64,000 nucleotides of DNA from Rhodospirillales bacterium. GTDB lineage: Bacteria > Pseudomonadota > Alphaproteobacteria > Micavibrionales > UBA1664. The stretch is from assembly GCA_023898805.1 (NCBI GenBank), contig CP060260.1, positions 849,656-913,655 of the forward strand, read 5' to 3'. Position numbers and translations under genes: made by a program. Every line of letters starts with the position of its first letter. The first letter of the stretch is position 1. Positions 8,959-18,491 of the stretch are shown here, one piece after another. The notes under the pieces were generated by a model that worked only from the letters and a program-made list of their open reading frames with translations, made no database searches and was not told the DNA's origin.

Positions 8959-9033
8959 TGGCTGGGGCGCCAGGATTCGAACCTGGGAATGGCGGTACCA
9001 AAAACCGCTGCCTTACCGCTTGGCGACGCCCCA
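8959..9033 (-). tRNA. tRNA-Gln (anticodon UUG)
   Basis: The reverse complement is TGGGGCGTCGCCAAGCGGTAAGGCAGCGGTTTTTGGTACCGCCATTCCCAGGTTCGAATCCTGGCGCCCCAGCCA. It has a 7-bp acceptor stem with U1:A72 and an anticodon arm GCGGT/TTTTGGT/ACCGC. A T-arm GGTTCGAATCC and an encoded CCA are also present. Confidence 0.9.
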
Positions 9034-9276
9034 CCGGGGAAAACGGGGCAGACAATACCGGCCCCATGCGCCTTGCGCAAGCCGAAATATGAGCAGGCCA
9101 CGGCGCGCAAGCACTCTGGCAGAACCAAAGGGCAGGGCCGGCCAAGCCCTGTGGATAAATGCGGCGCTTTTTTGTGGCGCTATTTTACAAAATATGCAAA
9201 AACCCTTGGACCAGCCACGCAAGAAAATCGGACGTAACGACGTAACGACGTGATGACCACGAACGAGGGAAACACC

Positions 9277-11157
9277 ATGCGCCCCACGAACGCCGCGCCT
9301 GCGGCCAAGCCGGAATCGACACCCCGCGCCGCGACGGCCGCATCGCCGACACCGGCGGCCAACGCGCGACCCTTCCCGGTTTCCAACGCCAACATGGCCG
9401 CGACCGATCAGGTGCGCGCCGCGCTCGACACGCTGGGCATCAAACTGATCAAGTCCGAGGCCGAACGCGACGTCCTGAAAAAACTGGTCGAGGAAACCCG
9501 TTCGACCCAGACCCGGCTTGAACGCGAATTGCTGGAAAACCGCAAGGAGCTGGCGGAAACCCGCCGCAAGATGGAGGACCAGCGTCAGGATTCCGAACTC
9601 ACCCGCAACCGCCACGAGCGGCTGGAGGAAAAACTGCGCGAGGCGCAGGCAAACAATCTGAAGATCGCCCGCAAGATCGAGGCCGACGACCAAAAACGCG
9701 CCCGTATCCAGCGACGTATGGAGCGCCTTGAACGCGTGGCGCAGGAAGCGCAATCCGCACTGCAATCCCGCGCCATGGTGCTGCTGACCGATCAAAGCCT
9801 GGCGGAACAATCCGGCCTGCCGCGCATCGCCGCGTCCGGTGAAGTTTTGCCCGTCGCCGCGCCTGCGCGCACCGCGCACGCATCATCGTTGATTGGTTCC
9901 GGCACCGTCATCGATGCCGGAGAAACGGAAGAACTGCCGTGGTGGAAAAAACCGCTGAACCTGAACGCGTCCGCAGCGCTTGGCGCGCTGGTCTTCGCAC
10001 TCGGCCTTGGCTGGGTCATCTCGTACAACGTGAACGCGAGCCAGACCGCCGTCGCGGTGATGGCCGACGGCAGCCTTGCGCGCATCGACCTTAAAACCGG
10101 CACGCTGCAACCTTTGCAACTTAAACTCAAAACACTCGATCAATCGACCGCCGCACCCGTCGCGCGCGTCAGCACTGATGGTGCACCCTTGCCCGCATCG
10201 GCCAAACCCGACGATTCCGCCGTATCTGCCACCGCACCGGCCGCCGCGCCCGAACGCGATCCAAGCCTGACCGGCGCCCTCAAGGAGCTGGAGGACAAGG
10301 CCTATGCCGGCCAGCCCGAGGCCGAACACGATCTGGCCGCGATCTACACTGCCGGCTCCGGCGTGAAACAGGATTACACACGCGCCGCTTATTGGTTCCG
10401 TCAGGCGGCGGATGCCGGCATCGCCAACGCCGCGTACAATCTCGGCGTCCTCAACCATCAGGGTCTGGGTGTCGACAAGAACATCGACCGCGCACTCGAT
10501 TGGTACCGCATCGCCGCGCTCGAAGGCCACCCCGAGGCGCAATACAACCTCGGCATCGCCTATATCGAAGGCATCGGCACCAAATACAACCCGCAGCTTG
10601 CCGCCGGCTTCTTCCAGAAAGCCGCGCTCTCCGGCATTAACGAGGCCGCGTACAATCTCGGCCTGATCCTTGAAAACGGCCTGTTGGCCGAACCGAAACC
10701 GAATCAGGCGCTGATCTGGTATCGCGTCGGCGCGCAGGGCGGATCAACCGAGGCGCGCAACGCCCTCGACCAACTGGCCAGCCGTCTGGGCCTTTCGCCT
10801 GACAAGGCGGGCTTTTTGCCCGACGGCACCTCGCTTGCCAAACTGGTGCATAAACCTGAAAGCGCCCAACCCGGCAGCAATTCCGACGCGACGGCCGAAC
10901 TAGCGCGCCTGATGCCGGATCTGGCCGAGATGATTCCCGATACCGACCAGTTGATTACCGCGCAGGTACAAGAACAGCTGACCCGCCGCGACATCTATGA
11001 CGGGCCGGAGGACGGCGCCGCCAGCCCCAAGACCGCCGATGCGATCAAATCCTATGAACGTCGCAACGACATCAAGGTGGATGGAAAGGCCAACGCCGAT
11101 TTACTGATGAAAATGCTGCGTCAAAGCGTCGTCGAGGATTCGGCCAAAGCGAAATAA
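9277..11157 (+). CDS. PodJ-like architecture: coiled-coil, one TM segment, Sel1 repeats and a C-terminal peptidoglycan-binding domain
   Basis: The N-terminal part is charged heptad-rich (RLERELLENRKELAETRRKMEDQRQ...). A TM segment follows (ALGALVFALGLGWVISY). At least 4 Sel1 repeats are present (A.YNLG....G.GV..N...A..WY..AA). The C-terminus is PG_binding_1-like (DGPEDGAASPKTADAIKSYERRNDIKVDGKA). The start is uncertain: GTG 9250, ATG 9253 or ATG 9277, and the last has GAGGGA upstream. Confidence 0.7.
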   Translation: MRPTNAAPAAKPESTPRAATAASPTPAANARPFPVSNANMAATDQVRAALDTLGIKLIKSEAERDVLKKLVEETRSTQTRLERELLENRKELAETRRKMEDQRQDSELTRNRHERLEEKLREAQANNLKIARKIEADDQKRARIQRRMERLERVAQEAQSALQSRAMVLLTDQSLAEQSGLPRIAASGEVLPVAAPARTAHASSLIGSGTVIDAGETEELPWWKKPLNLNASAALGALVFALGLGWVISYNVNASQTAVAVMADGSLARIDLKTGTLQPLQLKLKTLDQSTAAPVARVSTDGAPLPASAKPDDSAVSATAPAAAPERDPSLTGALKELEDKAYAGQPEAEHDLAAIYTAGSGVKQDYTRAAYWFRQAADAGIANAAYNLGVLNHQGLGVDKNIDRALDWYRIAALEGHPEAQYNLGIAYIEGIGTKYNPQLAAGFFQKAALSGINEAAYNLGLILENGLLAEPKPNQALIWYRVGAQGGSTEARNALDQLASRLGLSPDKAGFLPDGTSLAKLVHKPESAQPGSNSDATAELARLMPDLAEMIPDTDQLITAQVQEQLTRRDIYDGPEDGAASPKTADAIKSYERRNDIKVDGKANADLLMKMLRQSVVEDSAKAK

Positions 11158-11163
11158 AACCCG

Positions 11164-12000
11164 CTATAAAGTCCGTCCGGCGCGCACCCACCACTCCGGA
11201 TACGCCGCCGCGATCACCGCGGCCGCGCGCGCGGCCATGTCCCCATCATCGAAAACGCCGAAACACGCACTACCCGATCCGGTCATGCGCGCCGCCGCCG
11301 CACCTTGCGCTTGCAATGCGTCCAGCACCGTACCGATGACGGGGGCAATGCCGCGCGCCGCCGGTTCAAGGTCGTTGCGCCAATCTGCCGGATTCAGATC
11401 GTTTTCCGGGACGATTGAAACCGCACCTTCGTATGCGGCGAACACCGCCCCGGTCGCCAGTACGATTCCGGGCCAGACCACCACGACGTCAAGTGGCGCA
11501 ACCGTTACCGGCTCGACGATCTCGCCGATGCCGGTGACACGCGCGGCGCGGTTCATCAGACAAAACGGAAGTTCGGCCCCGATCTCAAGACCCACCCGGG
11601 CAAGTACGGCGTCATCGAACGGTTTCCCCCAATGCGCATTCACCACCCGCATCGCCGCCGCCGCATCCGCGGAACCGGCGCCAAGCCCCGCCCCGGCAGG
11701 GCAATTCTTGCCCAGTATCATGGCCAATGCGGCCGCACGTCCAGCCATACGCTCCAGCGCGCGGACCGCGCGGGCGACCAGATTATCCTCACCACCCGGC
11801 GCGTGTACGGCAAAAAGACCTTCGACGGTAAGCGTGAATTCTGGCGCGGGCACCACATCCAGCGTATCGCCCAACGTGGTCGGCACGATCAGGGAACGCA
11901 GCGTATGATACCCGTCTTCCCGCCGCCCAGTAACGGCAAGGGAAAGGTTCAACTTCGCAGGCGCGGAAAACCGGGATTTCATCAACGCCTTGTTTACCAT
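11164..12000 (-). CDS. ispE: 4-diphosphocytidyl-2-C-methyl-D-erythritol kinase
   Basis: The N-terminus has APAKLNLSLAVTGRREDGYH and there is a GHMP-kinase motif (PAGAGLGAGSADAAA). The start could be 12018, 12000 or 11982. Confidence 0.85.
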   Translation of the reverse strand: MVNKALMKSRFSAPAKLNLSLAVTGRREDGYHTLRSLIVPTTLGDTLDVVPAPEFTLTVEGLFAVHAPGGEDNLVARAVRALERMAGRAAALAMILGKNCPAGAGLGAGSADAAAAMRVVNAHWGKPFDDAVLARVGLEIGAELPFCLMNRAARVTGIGEIVEPVTVAPLDVVVVWPGIVLATGAVFAAYEGAVSIVPENDLNPADWRNDLEPAARGIAPVIGTVLDALQAQGAAAARMTGSGSACFGVFDDGDMAARAAAVIAAAYPEWWVRAGRTL

Positions 12001-12020
12001 TGCCCGGTAAAATAACAAGC

Positions 12021-12323
12021 ATGACGCTCGACACGCTGATCGCCCGCTTTCAGGACAAACTTAAAACCCATCCCGATTTCCGGGCCACGGTGAAATTCGA
12101 TCTTGGTGCCGATGGCATCCTTCTGGTCGACTCGACCAGCCGCCCCGGCAAGGTGGCGGCCCAGGACGGCGAGGCGCAATTGACCCTGACCCTCGCCAAG
12201 GACTTGCTGCTGGGTTTTATGGCCGGAACCAAGGATCCGAACGTAGCTTATCTGACCGGTAAGCTGAAGGTCAAAGGCCCGATGGGCCTTGCGATGAAAC
12301 TCAACGCGCTTTTGGAAGATTGA
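12021..12323 (+). CDS. SCP2 sterol-carrier-like domain protein
   Basis: About 100 aa ending GKLKVKGPMGLAMKLNALL, a typical SCP2 C-terminus. Confidence 0.7.
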   Translation: MTLDTLIARFQDKLKTHPDFRATVKFDLGADGILLVDSTSRPGKVAAQDGEAQLTLTLAKDLLLGFMAGTKDPNVAYLTGKLKVKGPMGLAMKLNALLED

Positions 12324-13032
12324 AAAAGCGCGGATGCACCGCCAGCGCGTAAAACAATGCGGCCAGCACCGCCGCGGCGCCGAACCAGAAAAACGCATAT
12401 TGCCTATGCGGAACGTCCATCCCTTCAAGCGGCTGAACCCGGCGTAGCGCCGGATCTTCGGAAAGGCTCGATGTTTCCATGAAAAACACCAATCGCGCCG
12501 GATACTCAACGCCGTTGGCCGCAGCGATCGCATCGATATCCAACTTTCGCCACGACTGCTGATCGCCCGCGACCGGCGTTTCGGACACGGATTCACCGGC
12601 ACGCAGCGCACCGGTAAGCGTGGCCATGCCGAACGGCGCCTGCGCCGACAGCATCACCGGCGCCATCGTTTCCGGCACCCAGCCGCGTATGGCCAGAATT
12701 GTGATTTTTTGATTGGCTAGCATGAAGGGCGTCGCGATCCAGTAACCGGACATGCCGCTATGCACCCGCGGGCCGATCTTGATATTCGCGTTCTGTTTCC
12801 ATACCCCGCGCAGATACCCGCGACGCAGGTCGTTGGCCGGATCATCGACCGCATCCATCAGCGAGATTTTGCTGGCATTCACGTTTTGCTGCGCGGCCTG
12901 CGCGGCGGCCAGACCATGCTCTTGTGCGATCAGGTCGATCTGCACGAAGCCAAGATGGACAAAATACGCGACCACAAGGCCGACCACCAGCGCCGCCGTC
13001 CAGAACCCCGTATTCGTTCGCCTTAAAACCAT
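12301..13032 (-). CDS. SURF1-family cytochrome oxidase assembly protein
   Basis: N- and C-terminal TM segments flank a periplasmic domain containing ILAIRGWVPE and HRQYAFFWFGAAAVL motifs. Confidence 0.75.
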   Translation of the reverse strand: MVLRRTNTGFWTAALVVGLVVAYFVHLGFVQIDLIAQEHGLAAAQAAQQNVNASKISLMDAVDDPANDLRRGYLRGVWKQNANIKIGPRVHSGMSGYWIATPFMLANQKITILAIRGWVPETMAPVMLSAQAPFGMATLTGALRAGESVSETPVAGDQQSWRKLDIDAIAAANGVEYPARLVFFMETSSLSEDPALRRVQPLEGMDVPHRQYAFFWFGAAAVLAALFYALAVHPRFFNLPKAR

Positions 13033-13132
13033 AATCTAAACCGTTCTCCTGCGTTCTGGGTCGCACCCATCGCTTATTTTTAGGTGATGCGCCCCGGCCT
13101 GACCAGACTTGAATTTCAGCATGTCCTGCGCC

Positions 13133-13840
13133 TCATCGCAGTTCATAAGGCAAAAGCATCCCGTGCCCGAACGCCGCGCCCTTTTTCATGAATCCGCCCA
13201 TAGCCGGCGCGATTTCACCGTAAATCGCCACGCCCGCACCGGTCACGCGGGCCCATTTCTGATTCCCGTAATCGAAATGCCACCATTGATAAGGATCCTG
13301 AACAAAGCCTGCCTGCGTCATCGCGATGGTCAGGGTCCGCAAGTGCGGCTGGTTCCTGTGGTCGTAATCCATGCCCTGCCCGGGATCCCAGCCCAAATAG
13401 GGTGACCCCATGCCCAGCTCGGCGTTTTCATGCGTATCGATCAACGTGACGTCGAGCGCGCCACCCGTCGTATGTGGCGGGATCAAACCCTCGTCGCTGC
13501 CCTGAACGACGCGCAAATCGGCCAGCGCCTCGTTTTCTTCCTTCGTGCGTTCCGGGTCCTGCTCGGCCAGCGTTTTCCAGCACGCGGCATACAGCCGGTC
13601 CTGCACCGCACGCGGCCGCCATGCGTCGAAGACCTTGAGCCGTAAACCTTGCGCGTCCAACACGTCATGCTGGATCTGCTCCAGCTTCGCGGCCACGCTT
13701 ACGCGCGCCCATAATTGCGGATTGGCGGTATATCCCTTGCGAAATGCCATCGGCTCAAGCGCGATCGGATACTGCGCCAGATCGACCATCGGCTCGTCGC
13801 ATTCCTGAATCGGGATTGATGAATAATCCGGGACTCTCAT
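13133..13840 (-). CDS. D-alanyl-D-alanine dipeptidase (VanX/DdpX-like, M15D)
   Basis: Contains LKVFDAWRPRAVQ, HTTGGALDVTLID and WWHFDYG motifs (Zn ligands H/D/H). Confidence 0.8.
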   Translation of the reverse strand: MRVPDYSSIPIQECDEPMVDLAQYPIALEPMAFRKGYTANPQLWARVSVAAKLEQIQHDVLDAQGLRLKVFDAWRPRAVQDRLYAACWKTLAEQDPERTKEENEALADLRVVQGSDEGLIPPHTTGGALDVTLIDTHENAELGMGSPYLGWDPGQGMDYDHRNQPHLRTLTIAMTQAGFVQDPYQWWHFDYGNQKWARVTGAGVAIYGEIAPAMGGFMKKGAAFGHGMLLPYELR

Positions 13841-13895
13841 CGCATTTCCTTTGATAAAGACGATCGGAAATCTTGTCCAACGTCACCCGGCGTAT

Positions 13896-14660
13896 TCATG
13901 CAAATCTTTCCACAGCCAGCGGGCCAAAGCTTTGCGTGGTCGGCATGATCTCGATCGCGTTGACGTTGACATGCGGCGGCAGTGTCGCGGCCCAGACCAC
14001 GCTTTCGGCGATGTCTTCGGCCACAAGTGGCGTGGTGTTTGCGTATACCTTGGCCGCCTTGTCGGTATCGCCTTTGAACCGAGCAAGGCTGAAACGCGTT
14101 TCCACCATTCCCGGTTCGATATTGGTGACGCGCACGCCGGTGCCCGGCAGGTCGGCGCGCAAATTGAACGAGAACTGACGCACGAACGCCTTGCACGCGC
14201 CATAGACATTGCCCCCGGGATAGGCATAACTGCCCGCTATCGACCCGATATTGATGATATGCCCGCGCTTGCGCGCCACCATCCGCGGCAGCAAAAGCCG
14301 CGTTACGCGGATCAACGAACGCACGTTCATGTCGACCATCGCGTCCCAATCGGCAAGATCGGCGTTCTGCGCTGCATCAAGGCCGAGCGCCCCGCCCGCG
14401 TTGTTGATCAAAAGATCGACCTCGCGAAAATGGTCCGGAATGGAATCGATGCCGCGTTCGATCCCTGTTTGGTCGGTCATGTCGAAAACGGTGCCGTAAA
14501 CCTCGCCCTCGATCGAATCGACCAACGCCGCAACCTTGTCCGCGTCGCGCCCGTGCACGACCAGACGCGATCCCAGCGCCGCGAAACGCTGCGCAAAAGC
14601 CTGCCCGAAATCGCCGGTCGCACCGGTAATCATCACGCATTCAGGGATGTACGAATTCAT
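13896..14660 (-). CDS. Short-chain dehydrogenase/reductase (YdfG-like)
   Basis: Contains an ITGATGDFG Rossmann motif, NNAG, and a Y..CK catalytic motif (YGACKAFV). Confidence 0.85.
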   Translation of the reverse strand: MNSYIPECVMITGATGDFGQAFAQRFAALGSRLVVHGRDADKVAALVDSIEGEVYGTVFDMTDQTGIERGIDSIPDHFREVDLLINNAGGALGLDAAQNADLADWDAMVDMNVRSLIRVTRLLLPRMVARKRGHIINIGSIAGSYAYPGGNVYGACKAFVRQFSFNLRADLPGTGVRVTNIEPGMVETRFSLARFKGDTDKAAKVYANTTPLVAEDIAESVVWAATLPPHVNVNAIEIMPTTQSFGPLAVERFA

Positions 14661-14698
14661 GGGCCCTCCATCGTCGCCTGAAGCCTAAAGATTTCATC

Positions 14699-14740
14699 CA
14701 AAAAAGAAAAGCCGCCCGGAGCGCATGCGCCGGACGGCCT
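14699..14740 (-). terminator. Rho-independent terminator after the OMP gene
   Basis: The minus strand reads ggccgtccggcgcatgcgctccgggcggc followed by ttttctttttt. Confidence 0.7.
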
Positions 14741-14771
14741 GAAAACCAGTCTGTAAAACCGATCAGCCTGA

Positions 14772-15404
14772 TCAATTAAAGCTGTACTTCAACCCGGCCA
14801 TGAGCGCGTGGTTGTGGTACGTGCCCTTGTTGCCATAGCCCATATTGACTTTTTCGGTCGAGAAGTAACGGTATTCGCCGAACAGCGAAAGATCGCTTTC
14901 CAACGCGTAATCCGCACCCAGAATGCCCTGATACGCGAAGGCGTTGTCCTTGCCGTCCGAAATGATCGTACCCGCGGTGCTGTAATTGTCGGTTTTGACA
15001 TGCGCGATACCGATACCGGCGCCGATATAAGGCGTGACTGGCGTGGCGGTCGGGATGTCGTAATAAGCGTTCGCCATCACCGCGGTCGCGGTCACCTTGC
15101 CACCCGGCGACGCAAAAGGCCCGGTATTGTCCGAAAGGCCGTCCACCTTGTTGGAACGATAGGAAAGCTCGATTTCCGTACGTACGTTGTTGCCGTAATC
15201 GTAGCCAACCGCACCGGACAGGCCGTAGCCCTCTTTCAGGTTCGATTTGCTCGCCCCTGTGATTTTCTGGTCCTGCGTATGGTTCCAGCCGGCGGAACCG
15301 GAAATGTACAGACCTTGCTGCCAGCCATCCTGCGCCCGTGCGGCGGGAAGAACGGCGGCGAAACCGGCAACGCCAGCGACCAATGCCAGAAGATATTTTT
15401 TCAT
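14772..15404 (-). CDS. Small outer-membrane beta-barrel protein (OmpA-beta-barrel/OmpW-like)
   Basis: Has a signal peptide (MKKYLLALVAGVAGFAAVLPAARA), alternating aromatic beta-strand patterning and a C-terminal YSF. Confidence 0.75.
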   Translation of the reverse strand: MKKYLLALVAGVAGFAAVLPAARAQDGWQQGLYISGSAGWNHTQDQKITGASKSNLKEGYGLSGAVGYDYGNNVRTEIELSYRSNKVDGLSDNTGPFASPGGKVTATAVMANAYYDIPTATPVTPYIGAGIGIAHVKTDNYSTAGTIISDGKDNAFAYQGILGADYALESDLSLFGEYRYFSTEKVNMGYGNKGTYHNHALMAGLKYSFN

Positions 15405-15576
15405 TTCGTTGACCCCTTTTAAGATAATTGACCGGCGAAATTATAGCCCCGCGAACAGACATGAAACCAGAACTTTTTTAGCCCTGGCAAGCGACACGCC
15501 CCCTTGCGCGCCTGTTGCGCCCGCGCGGCGGATACGCTAAAACCCGCCTGACCCCAACAATTCCAAAGGTTTTACG

Positions 15577-17223
15577 ATGCCCGCCTATCAATACGTCTTT
15601 GTCATGAGCCACATGACCAAAACCTTCCCCGGTGCCCAGAAACCGGTGATCAAGGATATGACACTCAGCTTCCTGCCGGGGGTCAAGATCGGCGTGCTCG
15701 GCCCCAACGGATCGGGAAAATCGACCCTGCTCAAGATCATGGCCGGGATCGACAAGGACATCGCGGGCGAAGCCTGGGTCGCCGAAGGCGCCAAAATCGG
15801 CTACCTCGCGCAGGAACCGGAACTCGACGCGACCCGCTCGGTCCTCGACAACGTCATGGACGGCGCGCACGAAATTCGTGAACTTTTGCGCCAGTACAAC
15901 GACATTTCCCTGAAATTCGGCGAAGTCAGCGACGACGACGAAATGATGAAATTGACCGAGGAAATGGGCGCGTTGCAGGAAAAAATCGACGCCGCGAACG
16001 GATGGGAACTGGAACGCACCGCCGAAACCGCGATGCGCGCGCTCAACTGTCCGCCCAAGGACGCGGACATCACCAAACTTTCGGGCGGCGAAAAACGCCG
16101 CGTCGCGCTGGCCCGCCTGCTGCTTGAGGCGCCGGACCTGCTGCTGCTCGACGAACCGACCAACCACCTTGACGCGGAATCGGTGCAATGGCTGCAAAAA
16201 CACCTGCTCGATTACAAGGGCACGGTGATCATGGTCACCCACGACCGCTATTTCCTCGACAACGTCACCGGCTGGATTCTCGAACTCGACCGCTCGTCGG
16301 GCATCCCGTACGAGGGCAATTATTCCACCTATCTCGACAAAAAGGCCAAACGTCTGGAACAGGAAAGCGCCGAGGCCGCGTCCCGTGCCCGCACGCTCAA
16401 CCGCGAACTCGAGTGGATCCGCGCCGGCGTCAAGGCGCGTCAGGCCAAATCCAAGGCCCGTATCGCCGCCTATAACCGGATGCTGGAGGAATCGGAGGCC
16501 GAAACCGTCAGCAGACAGCAGATCCCGATTCCCACCCCGCCGCGCCTTGGTGATCTGGTGGTGGAAGCAAAGAACATCAAGAAAGCCTATAACGGCCGCA
16601 CCCTGATCAACGACCTGTCCTTCGCCCTGCCGCCGGGCGGCATCGTCGGCGTGATCGGCCCCAACGGCGCGGGCAAGACAACGCTTTTCCGCATGATCAC
16701 CGGATCCGAAAAGCCGGATTCCGGCGCCTTTACCGTGGGTGAAACAGTCAAGCTCGGCTATGTCGACCAATCGCGCGACTCGCTCAACCCGAAAAACAAC
16801 GTCTGGCAGGAAATTTCCGGCGAGCACGAGGTTCTTAAACTCGGCAAGATCGAGGTCAATTCCCGCGCCTACGTCGCCTCATTCAACTTCCGCGGGCCCG
16901 ACCAGCAAAAGAACGTCGGCAAGCTTTCGGGCGGCGAACGCAACCGCGTCCACATGGCCAAGATGCTCCAGACCGGCGCGAATTTGCTGCTGCTCGACGA
17001 ACCGACCAACGACCTCGACACCGAAACCCTGGCCGCGCTGGAGGAAGCGTTGGAAAACTTCGCCGGTTGCGCGGTGATCATTTCCCACGACCGCTGGTTC
17101 CTCGACCGTCTGGCCACGCATATTCTGGCGTTCGAGGGCGACGGCCATGTCGAATGGTTTGAAGGCAATTTCGAAGCGTACGAAGTCGACAAGGAACGCC
17201 GCCTCGGCAAAAAGGCGGCATGA
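15577..17223 (+). CDS. ettA: ABC-F translational throttle ATPase EttA
   Basis: 548 aa with two ABC cassettes (GPNGSGKST, GPNGAGKTT, LSGGE, LLLDEPTN). The N-terminus is EttA-like (YVFVMSHMTKTFP). Confidence 0.9.
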   Translation: MPAYQYVFVMSHMTKTFPGAQKPVIKDMTLSFLPGVKIGVLGPNGSGKSTLLKIMAGIDKDIAGEAWVAEGAKIGYLAQEPELDATRSVLDNVMDGAHEIRELLRQYNDISLKFGEVSDDDEMMKLTEEMGALQEKIDAANGWELERTAETAMRALNCPPKDADITKLSGGEKRRVALARLLLEAPDLLLLDEPTNHLDAESVQWLQKHLLDYKGTVIMVTHDRYFLDNVTGWILELDRSSGIPYEGNYSTYLDKKAKRLEQESAEAASRARTLNRELEWIRAGVKARQAKSKARIAAYNRMLEESEAETVSRQQIPIPTPPRLGDLVVEAKNIKKAYNGRTLINDLSFALPPGGIVGVIGPNGAGKTTLFRMITGSEKPDSGAFTVGETVKLGYVDQSRDSLNPKNNVWQEISGEHEVLKLGKIEVNSRAYVASFNFRGPDQQKNVGKLSGGERNRVHMAKMLQTGANLLLLDEPTNDLDTETLAALEEALENFAGCAVIISHDRWFLDRLATHILAFEGDGHVEWFEGNFEAYEVDKERRLGKKAA

Positions 17224-17227
17224 CGCC

Positions 17228-17617
17228 ATGACGGCGGCCCTTGCCCCTGAACTGATCGTTAGCGATTTCGACGCCAGTCTGGAATTCTACCAAGCCGCCG
17301 GATTCACGGTTGCATGGGCGAGGCCGGATGAAAGATTCGCCTATCTTACGCTTGGCGATGCCGCGCTGATGATTGAGGAAGGAACAAGCGCGGATTATGT
17401 GCGCGGACCGTTGGAAAAACCTTATGGTCGCGGCATCAACTTCCAGATCATCGTGCCCGACGTTGAAAAACTGCGCGAAGTTTTCGTAAACGCCACCATC
17501 CTGCGCGACTTGATGGATAAAACATATCGTACAGGCGCTACGACCCGATCCTTCCGCGAGCTGATGGTTTCGGATCCGGACGGTTATGTCCTGCGTTTCC
17601 AGCAACCTCTGGCGTAA
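17228..17617 (+). CDS. VOC/glyoxalase-bleomycin-resistance family protein
   Basis: The start was moved to ATG 17228 (MTAALAPELIVSDFDASLEFY). Has a beta-alpha-beta-beta-beta pattern ending DPDGYVLRF. Confidence 0.7.
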   Translation: MTAALAPELIVSDFDASLEFYQAAGFTVAWARPDERFAYLTLGDAALMIEEGTSADYVRGPLEKPYGRGINFQIIVPDVEKLREVFVNATILRDLMDKTYRTGATTRSFRELMVSDPDGYVLRFQQPLA

Positions 17618-17660
17618 TACAACGGATTGAAATAACCGTTGCCCGCGTTAGGGTAACGCT

Positions 17661-18449
17661 ATGCGTTTGATACTCGTCGCCATTGCCTGTCTGGTTTTAT
17701 ATACCCAGACCGCCCACGCGGATGAAAAAAAGCCCATAAACGCCACGTACGGGCTTTATGCCGGGGGCGTACGCATGATCGGCCTTACGGCGCTTTACGA
17801 ACTTGGGCCTGATTCCTATCACCTTGCCGCCGATGCCCGCACCGTCGGCATTTTTGCCAAACTTCTGCCGTGGTGGGGAAAATTCGACACCGTCGGCGGC
17901 AGCGGTTTTGAACCCGCCGAACACGATTATTCCGTAAGCTGGCAGGACAAGGTGGAACGCGCGGTTTTTCGCTATGACCCACCGGGCAGTTTCAAGGGCA
18001 TGACCCTGACCAAAAAGGGCAAAACCGAGGAACCGGCGGTCGATCCCGACATCACGGCAGGTACGCGCGACCTGCTTTCCACCCTGATGCTGGCGGTGGA
18101 TGGCTATGCCAGAACCCAAAGCTGCGCGCGCGACGTTCTGGCCTTCGACAACGCCCGGTCCTTCATCGTCCGCTTTCGCGATGCGGGCGACACGGTCATG
18201 AACAACCCCCGGCTTTCCAGCTATACCGGCCCGGCGCACGGCTGTTCGGTCGAAATCGTCCCGCAAAAGGGCAAATGGCCCAAAAAACCGCGCGGCTGGC
18301 TGATCATCCAGCAACAGGCCAAGGCGGGCGGGCGGTTGCCGGTGGTTTGGCTGGCCACCCCGGCCCCCGGTCTGCCGGTTATTCCGGTGCGTGTTGACAT
18401 CCACACGAAATACGGCGATGTGATTGCGCATCTTTCCGGGTTGCAATAG
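17661..18449 (+). CDS. Exported protein, DUF3108-like
   Basis: Has a signal peptide (MRLILVAIACLVLYTQTAHA) and a beta-rich sequence. The family call is tentative. Confidence 0.45.
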   Translation: MRLILVAIACLVLYTQTAHADEKKPINATYGLYAGGVRMIGLTALYELGPDSYHLAADARTVGIFAKLLPWWGKFDTVGGSGFEPAEHDYSVSWQDKVERAVFRYDPPGSFKGMTLTKKGKTEEPAVDPDITAGTRDLLSTLMLAVDGYARTQSCARDVLAFDNARSFIVRFRDAGDTVMNNPRLSSYTGPAHGCSVEIVPQKGKWPKKPRGWLIIQQQAKAGGRLPVVWLATPAPGLPVIPVRVDIHTKYGDVIAHLSGLQ

Positions 18450-18491
18450 GGCGTAACGGCCTGTGACTGGACGCCGGAAAACGGCTTTTGA

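Noticed and set aside
8742-9145. Minus-strand ORFs 8742-9128 and 8954-9145 and plus-strand ORF 8950-9237 over the tRNA region
   Set aside because: They overlap a well-formed tRNA-Gln. No SD or motif is present.
15478-16827. 449-aa minus-strand ORF (also 20195-21598, 27980-29023, 38134-39261, 58428-59750, 9013-9879 and 47098-47994)
   Set aside because: Each lies opposite a confidently identified gene: ettA, glmS, mscS, the S8 protease, the L,D-transpeptidase, the PodJ-like gene and the mlaC-like gene. None shows a motif of its own.
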